Below are positions 1 to 7,617 of a stretch of 64,000 nucleotides of DNA, in pieces. The notes beneath the pieces were generated by a model. The model had not been told where the DNA came from. It worked only from the letters and a program-made list of their open reading frames with translations, and did no database searches. The first letter of the stretch is position 1; the number at the start of each line of letters is the position of its first letter. The DNA is from Candidatus Nomurabacteria bacterium (GTDB taxonomy: Bacteria > Patescibacteriota > WWE3 > UBA101185 > UBA10185). The stretch lies in assembly GCA_020631855.1 (NCBI GenBank), contig JACKGU010000002.1, positions 234,615 through 298,614 on the forward strand, written 5' to 3'. The translations under genes were made by a program, and so were the position numbers.

Positions 1-231
1 GCGACCGACTATGTAAAAGGGGACATTAAAGTTCAAAATAATAAATATGAGGTTAAAAGTGGCGACACACTTTGGGAAATAGCTGAAGCAGTCTACGGTA
101 ACGGTTCGGAATGGGTTAATATACTTTCCGTAAATGCCGACAACATAGGATATCTTAACAACGGACAACAAGCCTTAATTTTTCCGGGGCAAATTATTAC
201 AATTCCAGTAAACGCCGGCACTGCGATATAG
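1..231 (+). CDS. LysM-domain protein, C-terminal fragment (N-terminus lies outside the window)
   Basis: Frame 1 is open from position 1 to a TAG at 229-231. Translation ends ...SGDTLWEIAEAVYGNGSEWVNILSVNADNIGYLNNGQQALIFPGQIITIPV, which matches the LysM consensus (DTLxxIA...N.L.pGQ.L.IP). Confidence 0.5.
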   Translation, partial: ATDYVKGDIKVQNNKYEVKSGDTLWEIAEAVYGNGSEWVNILSVNADNIGYLNNGQQALIFPGQIITIPVNAGTAI

Positions 232-354
232 GCAAAGCACCAATAAAAAGTGCGAACGTTAAATAAATGTTATCGGGAAGACACTCAAATCTTTGACAAA
301 AAGAGGGCCTGACAATTGCCTATCTAGATCTTTATTATTTCAAGATACGCATTT

Positions 355-465
355 ATCAACCACCACTATCTAAGCGGCTGTTTGCTGTAATTGTAAAGCC
401 TGGCATGTTGCATAAGCTACATCTACTAGATCATGCAAGTAGTTTTAAGTAACGAAATTATAAAG
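355..465 (+). repeat. Copy R1 of the intergenic repeat family: 3' module, with an internal ~10 nt deletion
   Basis: atcaaccaccac...gctgtaatt...catgttgcat...acatctactag...caagtag...gtaacgaaattataaag shares the family's conserved core and its 3' end GTAACGAAATTATAAA. It sits immediately upstream of tRNA-Thr. Confidence 0.6.
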
Positions 466-466
466 T

Positions 467-472
467 ATAATT
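467..472 (+). promoter_or_regulatory. Candidate -10 box (TATAAT) for tRNA-Thr, 8 nt upstream of the mature 5' end
   Basis: A TATAAT hexamer lies at 467-472 and the tRNA starts at 481. The -35 region is weak (TTTAAG/TTAAGT, contributed by the repeat's 3' end). Confidence 0.35.
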
Positions 473-480
473 TTGATGGT

Positions 481-556
481 GCCACCCTAGCTCAAATGGT
501 AGAGCAGGCGTATCGTAAACGTCAGGTTATGGGTTCGATTCCCGTGGGTGGCTCCA
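481..556 (+). tRNA. tRNA-Thr (anticodon CGT), with encoded CCA
   Basis: Folds as a cloverleaf: acceptor GCCACCC/GGGTGGC, D-arm GCTC..GAGC, anticodon stem GGCGT/ACGTC with loop AUCGUAA (anticodon CGT), T-arm ATGGG-TTCGATT-CCCGT, discriminator T then CCA. Confidence 0.85.
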
Positions 557-579
557 AACAGACCTAACAGAAAGAAAAT

Positions 580-1296
580 ATGGCACAAAAAAGACATTAT
601 CATGAAGAAATACTAATTAAGAGACTTAAAAGAACTATATTGGCTGTTATAGGTATACCGGTACTGGTAATAGCCATAATGGCTTTTTTCGGCCCCACCG
701 TGGCTTCAATATTTGGCTTCGTATCAATAGACAGATGGACAAAAGCTCCTGGTGATACGATCGCACCCACCGTTCCGGGCTTCAGAAGCCCTCCCGGAAG
801 CGTTAAGGATACAAAAATTACTCTGAACGGGTTCGGAGAACCGGGATCAGTAATAAAATTGTTCATTAATGGCCCGGAGAAACAATCTACAGTAGTAGGA
901 AACGACGGAACCTTCACTTTTCAGGACGTTGAACTTATAAACGGAAAAAACACATTGTTTTTGAAGGCACAGGATCAGGCAGGAAACGAGAGCGAAGCGT
1001 CAGAAAGAGTTGAGATCACTGTAGATACAATCGAGCCTAAAATAGAAATAACCGCTCCTGAAAAAGATAAAACGGTAAAAAACCTAAATGAGAGAGTACT
1101 AATTCAGGGCAAAATTAGCGAAAAAGCCACTATTAGAATAAACGACAGGCTTGCAGTACAAAAGCCCGACCTCACTTTTGAATTCATTCTAGGGGTAAAG
1201 CAGGGTGAGGTAGAAGTTACGGTCGAGGCGGTTGACGAAGCAGGGAATAAAAAGGAAGAAAAGCTAAAGTTCACCTATCTCAAACAAAGCGAGTAG
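580..1296 (+). CDS. Membrane-anchored hypothetical protein with Ig-like beta-sandwich repeats
   Basis: 238-aa ORF. The N-terminal TM segment is ILAVIGIPVLVIAIMAFFG; repeated segments resembling bacterial Ig-like domains follow (ITLNGFGEPGSVIKLFING..., IEITAPEKDKTV...). No catalytic motif was recognised. Confidence 0.45.
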   Translation: MAQKRHYHEEILIKRLKRTILAVIGIPVLVIAIMAFFGPTVASIFGFVSIDRWTKAPGDTIAPTVPGFRSPPGSVKDTKITLNGFGEPGSVIKLFINGPEKQSTVVGNDGTFTFQDVELINGKNTLFLKAQDQAGNESEASERVEITVDTIEPKIEITAPEKDKTVKNLNERVLIQGKISEKATIRINDRLAVQKPDLTFEFILGVKQGEVEVTVEAVDEAGNKKEEKLKFTYLKQSE

Positions 1297-2517
1297 CAAA
1301 AAGAACAAATACATAATCTGGGGATAAAATAAAGAATTTATAAACTGAGAACTCACCCCCAAGCCTACAATCAGGGATATATAGTACAAGCTTTTTTCGG
1401 CTGGGAAGGCAGAGGGGCCTTTGGCAAGTTTTGCCAAAGGCCCCAAAAAACCAATCAAAAAAAGTCCAAACCCGACAACTCCTGTTGTAGCAAGAACAAA
1501 TATAAAACTCGAATCTATACCGGCCCCTGAATTTCCACCGTCCTCAATAGAATAATCAATAAAAGACAAAAGGTTGTTCTCTTTTTGCGCGTATCTAAGC
1601 GTATTAAAACCGACGCCACTTACCGGGTTACTTTTAAATAAGTCGAGCCCGTTTTCCCACGATCGCCATCTAAAGCTAGCAGAGTCGGCAGGATTTGTTA
1701 CGCCTAAAATACGCCCCTGAACCCTTGGAACAGTAAAGAACACCAAGCTGCATATAAAAATAGACACAAGAAGCATTCTAGGCTTTCTAAAGACCCCGTA
1801 CACCAACCCAATACATGCTAAAAACAACCAGCCGCTTCTTGAGAAAGTAAGAAATATTGCAATCAGACATAATAAAAAAAATAAACCTAATATATTTCTG
1901 GAGAAAAAGCTTCTTATGCGAATAAGAACGAGAAGAATAATGCAAAGATATGTAGCGGCAAAATTTGGATCGAAAAATGTAGATGCTAGCCTAAACTTAT
2001 GGGGATCCCACCCTAAAGATCTTTCCAACACACCAAAGTCGGGTAAAAAATATAATTGAATAAAACCTAATATGATGAACAACAGGCCTGAAAAAACTAT
2101 AGCTTTCTCGAGCCTTATGTGGCAGACTAGGCCGTTTTTAACAGAGGACGCAACGCAGAAACCAAATAACAAGTATGAGCTAAAACGTACAAAATAGAGA
2201 AAAGACTCAGAAAATTCTTCAGGTATCATTGAAACGGGCGTAACCAAAAGCGACACCAAGGCCCATGTAGAAAATACTGCAAAAGGAAATAATACAGACT
2301 CAACATACAGTTTCTTACCGCTTAATAATAGATAAAAAACGCAGTATAGGGCCGAAAATGCGATATAAATGTCAAAAAAGTAAATTCCGGGCCCTCCAAA
2401 ATAGCTCAACTTGGCTAATTGTCCCAACATGAGAATAAAAGGAGAAAGGTAAATTATACTAGCGAGCAACATATGTTTTCCAGGACTTACGGGCAAAAAT
2501 AACCAACAATATAACAA
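1264..2517 (-). CDS. O-antigen ligase-like (Wzy_C) polytopic membrane protein
   Basis: 417 aa with many TM helices and the motif FLTFSRSGWLFLACIGL, typical of the O-antigen ligase/WaaL/Wzy_C family. Its cell-surface polysaccharide neighbours support the call. Confidence 0.6.
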   Translation of the reverse strand: MLYCWLFLPVSPGKHMLLASIIYLSPFILMLGQLAKLSYFGGPGIYFFDIYIAFSALYCVFYLLLSGKKLYVESVLFPFAVFSTWALVSLLVTPVSMIPEEFSESFLYFVRFSSYLLFGFCVASSVKNGLVCHIRLEKAIVFSGLLFIILGFIQLYFLPDFGVLERSLGWDPHKFRLASTFFDPNFAATYLCIILLVLIRIRSFFSRNILGLFFLLCLIAIFLTFSRSGWLFLACIGLVYGVFRKPRMLLVSIFICSLVFFTVPRVQGRILGVTNPADSASFRWRSWENGLDLFKSNPVSGVGFNTLRYAQKENNLLSFIDYSIEDGGNSGAGIDSSFIFVLATTGVVGFGLFLIGFLGPLAKLAKGPSAFPAEKSLYYISLIVGLGVSSQFINSLFYPQIMYLFFLLLALFEIGEL

Positions 2518-3766
2518 TGAAGAGCTCGGAAAGCCAAGTTAAAACGGAAGAAGCATAAAACGAGTACATCGGAATTGTAATAAGATTCAAGGTCACGTTA
2601 AAAACTGCCCCCAAGAGATACACTGCGGGGAGGTATTTTTGCTTACCCAGCGAAACTATAAACCAAGAGATAGGTTGCGAAATATAGAATATCGGCAAAC
2701 CTATAAGCAGCAGCCTCAAGACTCCGGCTGACTGTAGAAATTCTTGTCCGCCCAATAAATTTATTACATAACCCGACAAACCTGCCCCAACAGCCGCACC
2801 TGCAAAGCCTAAAAGGAACAGAAAGCCAATTGTTTTATAAAACATCAACAAAAAGTCTTCTTTTCCTGTTTCCAGTTTTTGAATAAAAATAGGGTATACA
2901 GCATTCATGAAAAAAGTCGGTAAAACTAAAGCGACTTCAAAGATTTTATACGGCAGACCATAGACCCCCACAGCCTCGGTTTGAGATAATTTTATAAAAG
3001 CGGGCACGGGTAGAACAGACATAAGAATTGCATCAGACTTAAAGTTAATTTGACTAAAAACAAACATCAGTCCTAAAGGCACTGCCTGGATCAGAAGAGG
3101 TTTGTAAATCTCTTTTTGTAATCTTATTCGCGCTCTAATGAAAAAAAACTTCTTTAATAAAAAATACTGAGCCAAGAATGTTATTGATCCGCCAACAACA
3201 TAAGCAAAGCTTACCCACATAACGTTCTGCTTGAAATGTATAAGAACTAACGCGGTAATTAATATAGCCCCATAACCGAGAATATATGAGATTGTCGACA
3301 AATCATATCTTAAATATTTTTGAAAAATAATATTTGCGGAAGCATAAAGCGCCTGCGTAACTACAAGACACAGATTCAAAATAATACCAATTTTCAGCAA
3401 CCTATTATAGGGAAAAAAGCTTAACACACCAAGCGCCACCAAGATTATCAGAAAAGAAATAACCAGCCTCAATCCTATTACATTTGCTAAATAAGTCTCA
3501 AGCTGAGATTTATCTTTTTTCACATCTCTAATAACTACAGCGTTAAAACCGAAATCAACAATTATGAAAAAAAGTGCAGGCCAAGACTGCATGAGGTTAA
3601 ACTCTCCATAGCCTTCCCTGCCGTATAATCTAGAAACCAAAACAGTAACAAAAACTGTAATACCCATACTTAAAAACTTACCGATAATCTGATACAAAGC
3701 ATTTGAAGCTACTACACCCTTTGTGCTGCTTGGGCCTGTTAACTTTAATAATTTAGTTACAATCAT
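2459..3766 (-). CDS. Polysaccharide flippase, Wzx / MOP superfamily
   Basis: 435 aa, about 12 TM helices. The N-terminus ...SNALYQIIGKFLSMGITVFVTVLVSRLYGREGYGEFNL is typical of Wzx/PST-family polysaccharide exporters. Confidence 0.65.
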   Translation of the reverse strand: MIVTKLLKLTGPSSTKGVVASNALYQIIGKFLSMGITVFVTVLVSRLYGREGYGEFNLMQSWPALFFIIVDFGFNAVVIRDVKKDKSQLETYLANVIGLRLVISFLIILVALGVLSFFPYNRLLKIGIILNLCLVVTQALYASANIIFQKYLRYDLSTISYILGYGAILITALVLIHFKQNVMWVSFAYVVGGSITFLAQYFLLKKFFFIRARIRLQKEIYKPLLIQAVPLGLMFVFSQINFKSDAILMSVLPVPAFIKLSQTEAVGVYGLPYKIFEVALVLPTFFMNAVYPIFIQKLETGKEDFLLMFYKTIGFLFLLGFAGAAVGAGLSGYVINLLGGQEFLQSAGVLRLLLIGLPIFYISQPISWFIVSLGKQKYLPAVYLLGAVFNVTLNLITIPMYSFYASSVLTWLSELFIVILLVIFARKSWKTYVAR

Positions 3767-4940
3767 TTGACTCTATTCTACCAGTAAATAATGTCTCCGG
3801 CGTACCGGCAACCTTTTTCATGCTCTTTACCTCAAAAAATTGCTCAAAAGGCTCTTTATCTACATCGACCCAAGCAAAGTGATCGAATGGCGGCGGATAC
3901 CAAATTGTAAATGGTATGACGGCCTTAATCCTCTTATCCTTAAGCCAAACCTGTTCGTAGGCAATTTTAAAATTCTCTCCAACTCTTTTTGATGTGTAAT
4001 ATGAAGGATTATAGGACAGGCCTTCTGCATGAGCCCACCCGGTTTCTGTAATAAATATAGGATATTCTTTTGATATACCGAGTACGGAAGACAGATAAGA
4101 CAGCTCAAATTCATAGGCCCTAACACTATTTCTGCCCGAACCATAAGGAGAGCCTGAAAAGTTAGGCTGAGGGTAAGAATGAGAAGCCCATCCATCGAGC
4201 TTATTAAAAACCTCCGGGCGCGAAGAGTACATTTGATTAATAAAATCCAATGCGTCAATTGTCCCATTTCCACCCGAAGCACTTATATTTAACGCTCCAT
4301 TTAACATAAAGTAGTTTGAATTTATGTCTTTAAAGATGTCTATAGTTGTATCCAGAATCTCAGCATATTGTTTGGGATCGGCTTTACCATACCAAAAATT
4401 CGAATCATTGGGCTCATTGTAAACCGAAATATAGCGATCCTTTACAGGCCAATCAAAAAAATTCAAAAACTCCGCACCTCTTTTAGTATCCCTGGGAATC
4501 TCATCCAAATCCAAGGCATTAAGCTGAATTATTGGAATTAAGTGCTTTTCTGCAAGCACCTCAAAAACTTTACGCCACTTTTCAAAATCACGGTCTGTAC
4601 TAATATTGAAGGGGATTAAAACGTACCCCCAGTCTCCCCCATTAGAGTTTACCAGTTCTGCCGCTAAATCAAGGAATTCGGTGTCTTCTGCATAAACATA
4701 GATACCGTAAATATTATTGTTGTCGTTACCTATTGCATCTTTGTAGTACTGGTAATTAAACTCTAAAGAGGTGCATCCGGCATCTTGCTTAGGCAGTTTA
4801 GTATTAAATATGAATACTTCCGGCAGAGTATGCGAAACAAACGCCTCACGCAGAATATAAATAAAAATCGTAAACAGTAATGAGATTAAACTAAATAAGA
4901 TTACATACAATACTTGGGTTAGAATGTGTCTCACATTCAT
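3753..4940 (-). CDS. Membrane-anchored clan GH-A glycoside hydrolase (GH5-like)
   Basis: N-terminal TM anchor. VYNEPN resembles the acid/base NEP motif and IFITETGW the nucleophile TE(T)G motif of clan GH-A / family 5 hydrolases. Confidence 0.5.
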   Translation of the reverse strand: MNVRHILTQVLYVILFSLISLLFTIFIYILREAFVSHTLPEVFIFNTKLPKQDAGCTSLEFNYQYYKDAIGNDNNNIYGIYVYAEDTEFLDLAAELVNSNGGDWGYVLIPFNISTDRDFEKWRKVFEVLAEKHLIPIIQLNALDLDEIPRDTKRGAEFLNFFDWPVKDRYISVYNEPNDSNFWYGKADPKQYAEILDTTIDIFKDINSNYFMLNGALNISASGGNGTIDALDFINQMYSSRPEVFNKLDGWASHSYPQPNFSGSPYGSGRNSVRAYEFELSYLSSVLGISKEYPIFITETGWAHAEGLSYNPSYYTSKRVGENFKIAYEQVWLKDKRIKAVIPFTIWYPPPFDHFAWVDVDKEPFEQFFEVKSMKKVAGTPETLFTGRIESNDCN

Positions 4941-5033
4941 ATTCTACGAGTGTAAGCAATTTCTCGCAAACGTTACATTAAAAGGCATAGACAAACACCA
5001 TACTAAACAAGTGTTATTTAAAACTTATCACTG

Positions 5034-5039
5034 TATAAT
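5034..5039 (+). promoter_or_regulatory. -10 box (TATAAT) 6 nt upstream of the GH18 gene's GTG start; apparently leaderless
   Basis: ctgTATAATgaattaGTG: only 6 nt separate the -10 hexamer from the start codon, and there is no SD sequence. Confidence 0.4.
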
Positions 5040-5045
5040 GAATTA

Positions 5046-6269
5046 GTGGATCTGCTCAAAAAACTTATCATTATTCTATACGCCACCTCATTAGGTTTGA
5101 TGACGGTAAATTTTATTTTTGTAAAAACGCCAAAAACGTATAACATAAAATCCCCGGTTCACGGTAGTTTTTCGGTCCTTGCTGCGGTCGATCAACAAAG
5201 AGAAAATTACATTGTCTACGGCTTTTTACCTTACTGGAAACTTGATAACGCAAAATTCATACAAACAGATAAGCTAACTGACATTGCCTACTTTGGGCTT
5301 AAGATAGAAGGAAACGGCGAAATAAGAAGGTTTGAAGAGCCCGGAGTACTAGAACCAGGCTACAACAACTGGAAAAATAACCCTGAACTTTCAAACCTCA
5401 TTTCTCGAAGCAAAAAAGCCGGAGTTAGATTTGCTTTAACCATAATATCTCACGAAGACGAGGTTTCAGATGAGTTTTTAAATTGCACATCCTGTTGGCA
5501 AACACTAATAAATGAGATAGGGATTGAACTTGAAGAAAAAAATATAACCGACGTCAATCTCGATTTTGAGTACTTTGGATACACAGATTTGGAAACAGCC
5601 TTAAAATACTCTGCCTTTGCTAAACAGCTAAACGACACGCTCGATGCTCGTTACAATAACAACTCGAAGGTTATCGTCTCAACATTTGCCGATTCTGTTG
5701 TTAAACCAAGAGTCACACACATTGACACGTTAGCAAAATATACAGACGGGCTTTTTGTTATGGCATACGACTTTCACAGGCCCGCCTCAGCTACTGCAGG
5801 ACCAATCGCGCCTTTGGGCGGAATGGGCGATAAAAGCTCTTACGACGTGATCACAATGCTCAAAGCGTACCTATCCACTATGTCGCCCGATAAAATAATT
5901 TTAGGCGTGCCGTACTACGGCTACAACTGGCTAATCGACGAACAAGCACCTTATGCAAACAGGGTTGAAGGTAACGACTACATAGGATACTCCGAATCTC
6001 AGCCTTACGAAACAATTGTATACGATATTAAGGAGCTAAATTCTTTAATTTTATGGGATAACATAGGGCAAACTCCATATTATTACTATCGATCTCCGGA
6101 CTCAGGAGCTTTGAGAGTCGTTCACTTTGAAAATAAAGACTCTTTAAAAATGAAGTATGGGCTTGTTAAGCAATACAACCTGGGCGGTGTCGGATTATGG
6201 GCCTTAGGTTACGATGGCCAGCTCCCTGAACTATGGGACTTACTGGGGAAAGAGTTTGGGAAAAAATGA
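5046..6269 (+). CDS. Glycoside hydrolase family 18 (chitinase-like), membrane-anchored
   Basis: DVNLDFEYFGY matches the GH18 catalytic DxxDxDxE motif; MAYDFH and YYGYNW match further GH18 motifs. N-terminal TM anchor; GTG start at 5046. Confidence 0.7.
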   Translation: MDLLKKLIIILYATSLGLMTVNFIFVKTPKTYNIKSPVHGSFSVLAAVDQQRENYIVYGFLPYWKLDNAKFIQTDKLTDIAYFGLKIEGNGEIRRFEEPGVLEPGYNNWKNNPELSNLISRSKKAGVRFALTIISHEDEVSDEFLNCTSCWQTLINEIGIELEEKNITDVNLDFEYFGYTDLETALKYSAFAKQLNDTLDARYNNNSKVIVSTFADSVVKPRVTHIDTLAKYTDGLFVMAYDFHRPASATAGPIAPLGGMGDKSSYDVITMLKAYLSTMSPDKIILGVPYYGYNWLIDEQAPYANRVEGNDYIGYSESQPYETIVYDIKELNSLILWDNIGQTPYYYYRSPDSGALRVVHFENKDSLKMKYGLVKQYNLGGVGLWALGYDGQLPELWDLLGKEFGKK

Positions 6270-6376
6270 AGACTCCGTGGACTGAAATCCCACGGCTCTT
6301 CTTTCTTTGCAGTTGAGAGCTCACGCTTTCATCTTCGAGCTAAAGCACAGGACCTTCCCGATGCAGAAATAAATAG
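6266..6376 (+). repeat. Copy R0: solo 5' module of the repeat family, placed between the GH18 stop codon and tRNA-Val
   Basis: ATGAAGactccgtggactgaaatcccacgg...cgagctaaagcacaggaccttcccgatgcagaaataaat is about 80% identical to the 5' halves of R5 and R4. Its first bases (aTGAag) include the GH18 TGA stop codon. Confidence 0.6.
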
Positions 6377-6468
6377 CGTGTAGGTTCGAAACCACTAACT
6401 AAGTTGAAATATCTTTATCTATGAGAGGCTTCTTCGCAAAATATGTGACAGGTTAGGTGTTTTTATTA

Positions 6469-6545
6469 TGGTGGTCGGAACAGGACTCGAACCTGTGACC
6501 CCTGCAATGTGAATGCAGTGCTCTAACCAACTGAGCTACCCGACC
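6469..6545 (-). tRNA. tRNA-Val (anticodon CAC), with encoded CCA
   Basis: The reverse complement GGTCGGGTAGCTCAGTTGGTTAGAGCACTGCATTCACATTGCAGGGGTCACAGGTTCGAGTCCTGTTCCGACCACCA folds as a cloverleaf: 7-bp acceptor, anticodon stem CTGCA/TGCAG with loop UUCACAU, discriminator A73. Confidence 0.85.
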
Positions 6546-6599
6546 TTACAAATATCAGACCCGGAGTTGTTGCCGAGGCGAGTTAATTATACAACATGA

Positions 6600-7148
6600 G
6601 TGCTTTTTGTTACTATATTATGTATGCCAAATTTTCGAAGAGCCGCACTCCATTTTTTACTCGATACAATTGAAATATTAGTTATAGGTACTTGCCTTGC
6701 CGCTTTCTCTTGGCTTGTAATTGCAGAGGCTGTAGAGGTTACAGGAGATTCAATGCTCCCAACACTACAGAATAGAGAGAGATTGATTGTAGAAAAGGTT
6801 TCGATAAAACTAGATAAGGTGGGACGTGGCGATATAATTGTCTTTAAATCCCCCCAGGATGATAAATTATTAATAAAAAGAGTAATCGCATTACCAAACG
6901 AATACCTGGAAATTATTTCACAAGACGTTTATGTGGACGGGAAGATGCTTCCAGAACCTTATGTCTCAAATCACGAAAACATGTCATCAATGAAAGTTCA
7001 ATTAAAAGATGGGGAATATTTTGTAATGGGAGACAACAGAGGCGTGAGTAACGACTCTAGAAGGTTCGGCCCCATTAAACAAAGCTCAATATTCGGCCAC
7101 GCCGTACTAATAATCAGCCCCGTGCAAGAATTTAGAATAATTAACTAA
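6600..7148 (+). CDS. lepB: Signal peptidase I (S26 family)
   Basis: GDSMLPTL carries the catalytic Ser box; GDIIVFKSP, LIKRVIALP (Lys box) and FVMGDNRGVSNDSR match the other S26 boxes. One N-terminal TM segment. Confidence 0.8.
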   Translation: MLFVTILCMPNFRRAALHFLLDTIEILVIGTCLAAFSWLVIAEAVEVTGDSMLPTLQNRERLIVEKVSIKLDKVGRGDIIVFKSPQDDKLLIKRVIALPNEYLEIISQDVYVDGKMLPEPYVSNHENMSSMKVQLKDGEYFVMGDNRGVSNDSRRFGPIKQSSIFGHAVLIISPVQEFRIIN

Positions 7149-7173
7149 AAAAACAACCCCAGAATCCCTCTAC

Positions 7174-7295
7174 AATCAACTGCCACCAGCTTGTGCAGGT
7201 GGTTTGCTGTAATTTCTTTGCACTGCAAAGCCCAACATGTTGGGTAATCTGCATCTACTAGCCTGCGCAAGTAGATTTAGGTAACGAAATTATAA
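7174..7295 (+). repeat. Copy R2: 3' module, followed directly by a 13-nt stub of the 5' module
   Basis: atcaactgccaccagcttgtgcaggtggtttgctgtaatttctttgcactgcaaagcccaacatgttgggtaatctgcatctactagcctgcgcaagtagatttaggtaacgaaattataaa. The next bases (7296-7308), ATGAAGGttcagg, match the 5'-module start ATGAAGGctccgtgg. It lies between the convergent 3' ends of lepB and rpmA. Confidence 0.65.
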
Positions 7296-7344
7296 AATGA
7301 AGGTTCAGGAAAATTGCAAACTTTTTACGATGAGCTTGAATCTA

Positions 7345-7605
7345 CTATGCTTCGGTTACTACGTCGATTCTCTTCTTTTTTCGAGTATCGTTCACGAATT
7401 TTACAATACCACTAACTTTTGAGAATAAGGTGAAGTCTCTCCCCATGCCGACATTGGCCCCGGGTTTAAAGGTTCTGCCTCTTTGTCTCACGATAATCTG
7501 CCCCGCCTTAACCACACCTCCGCCAAAAACTTTAACTCCAAGTCTTTTTCCTGCGGTATTACTTCCTTGTCTTGCTTTTGCACCTGCTGCTTTTTTATGT
7601 GCCAT
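7345..7605 (-). CDS. rpmA: 50S ribosomal protein L27
   Basis: [56 protein letters not shown] is canonical L27. Confidence 0.9.
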   Translation of the reverse strand: MAHKKAAGAKARQGSNTAGKRLGVKVFGGGVVKAGQIIVRQRGRTFKPGANVGMGRDFTLFSKVSGIVKFVNDTRKKKRIDVVTEA

Positions 7606-7617
7606 AGTTTCTCCAAA

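Noticed and set aside
3860-4282. A 140-aa ORF nested in a different frame inside the GH5-like gene (same strand); also 600-917 minus, nested in the Ig-like protein gene.
   Set aside because: Both are fully embedded in longer ORFs that have recognisable catalytic or structural motifs, and have no independent signals.
7296-7344. The ATTATAAA repeat terminus acting as a TATAAT -10 for minus-strand genes.
   Set aside because: Read in reverse complement the terminus contains TATAAT, but the -35 candidates in the unique flanks are poor and inconsistently spaced (16-19 nt). Several copies (R2, R1) have no minus-strand gene downstream. This is mentioned as a possibility only.
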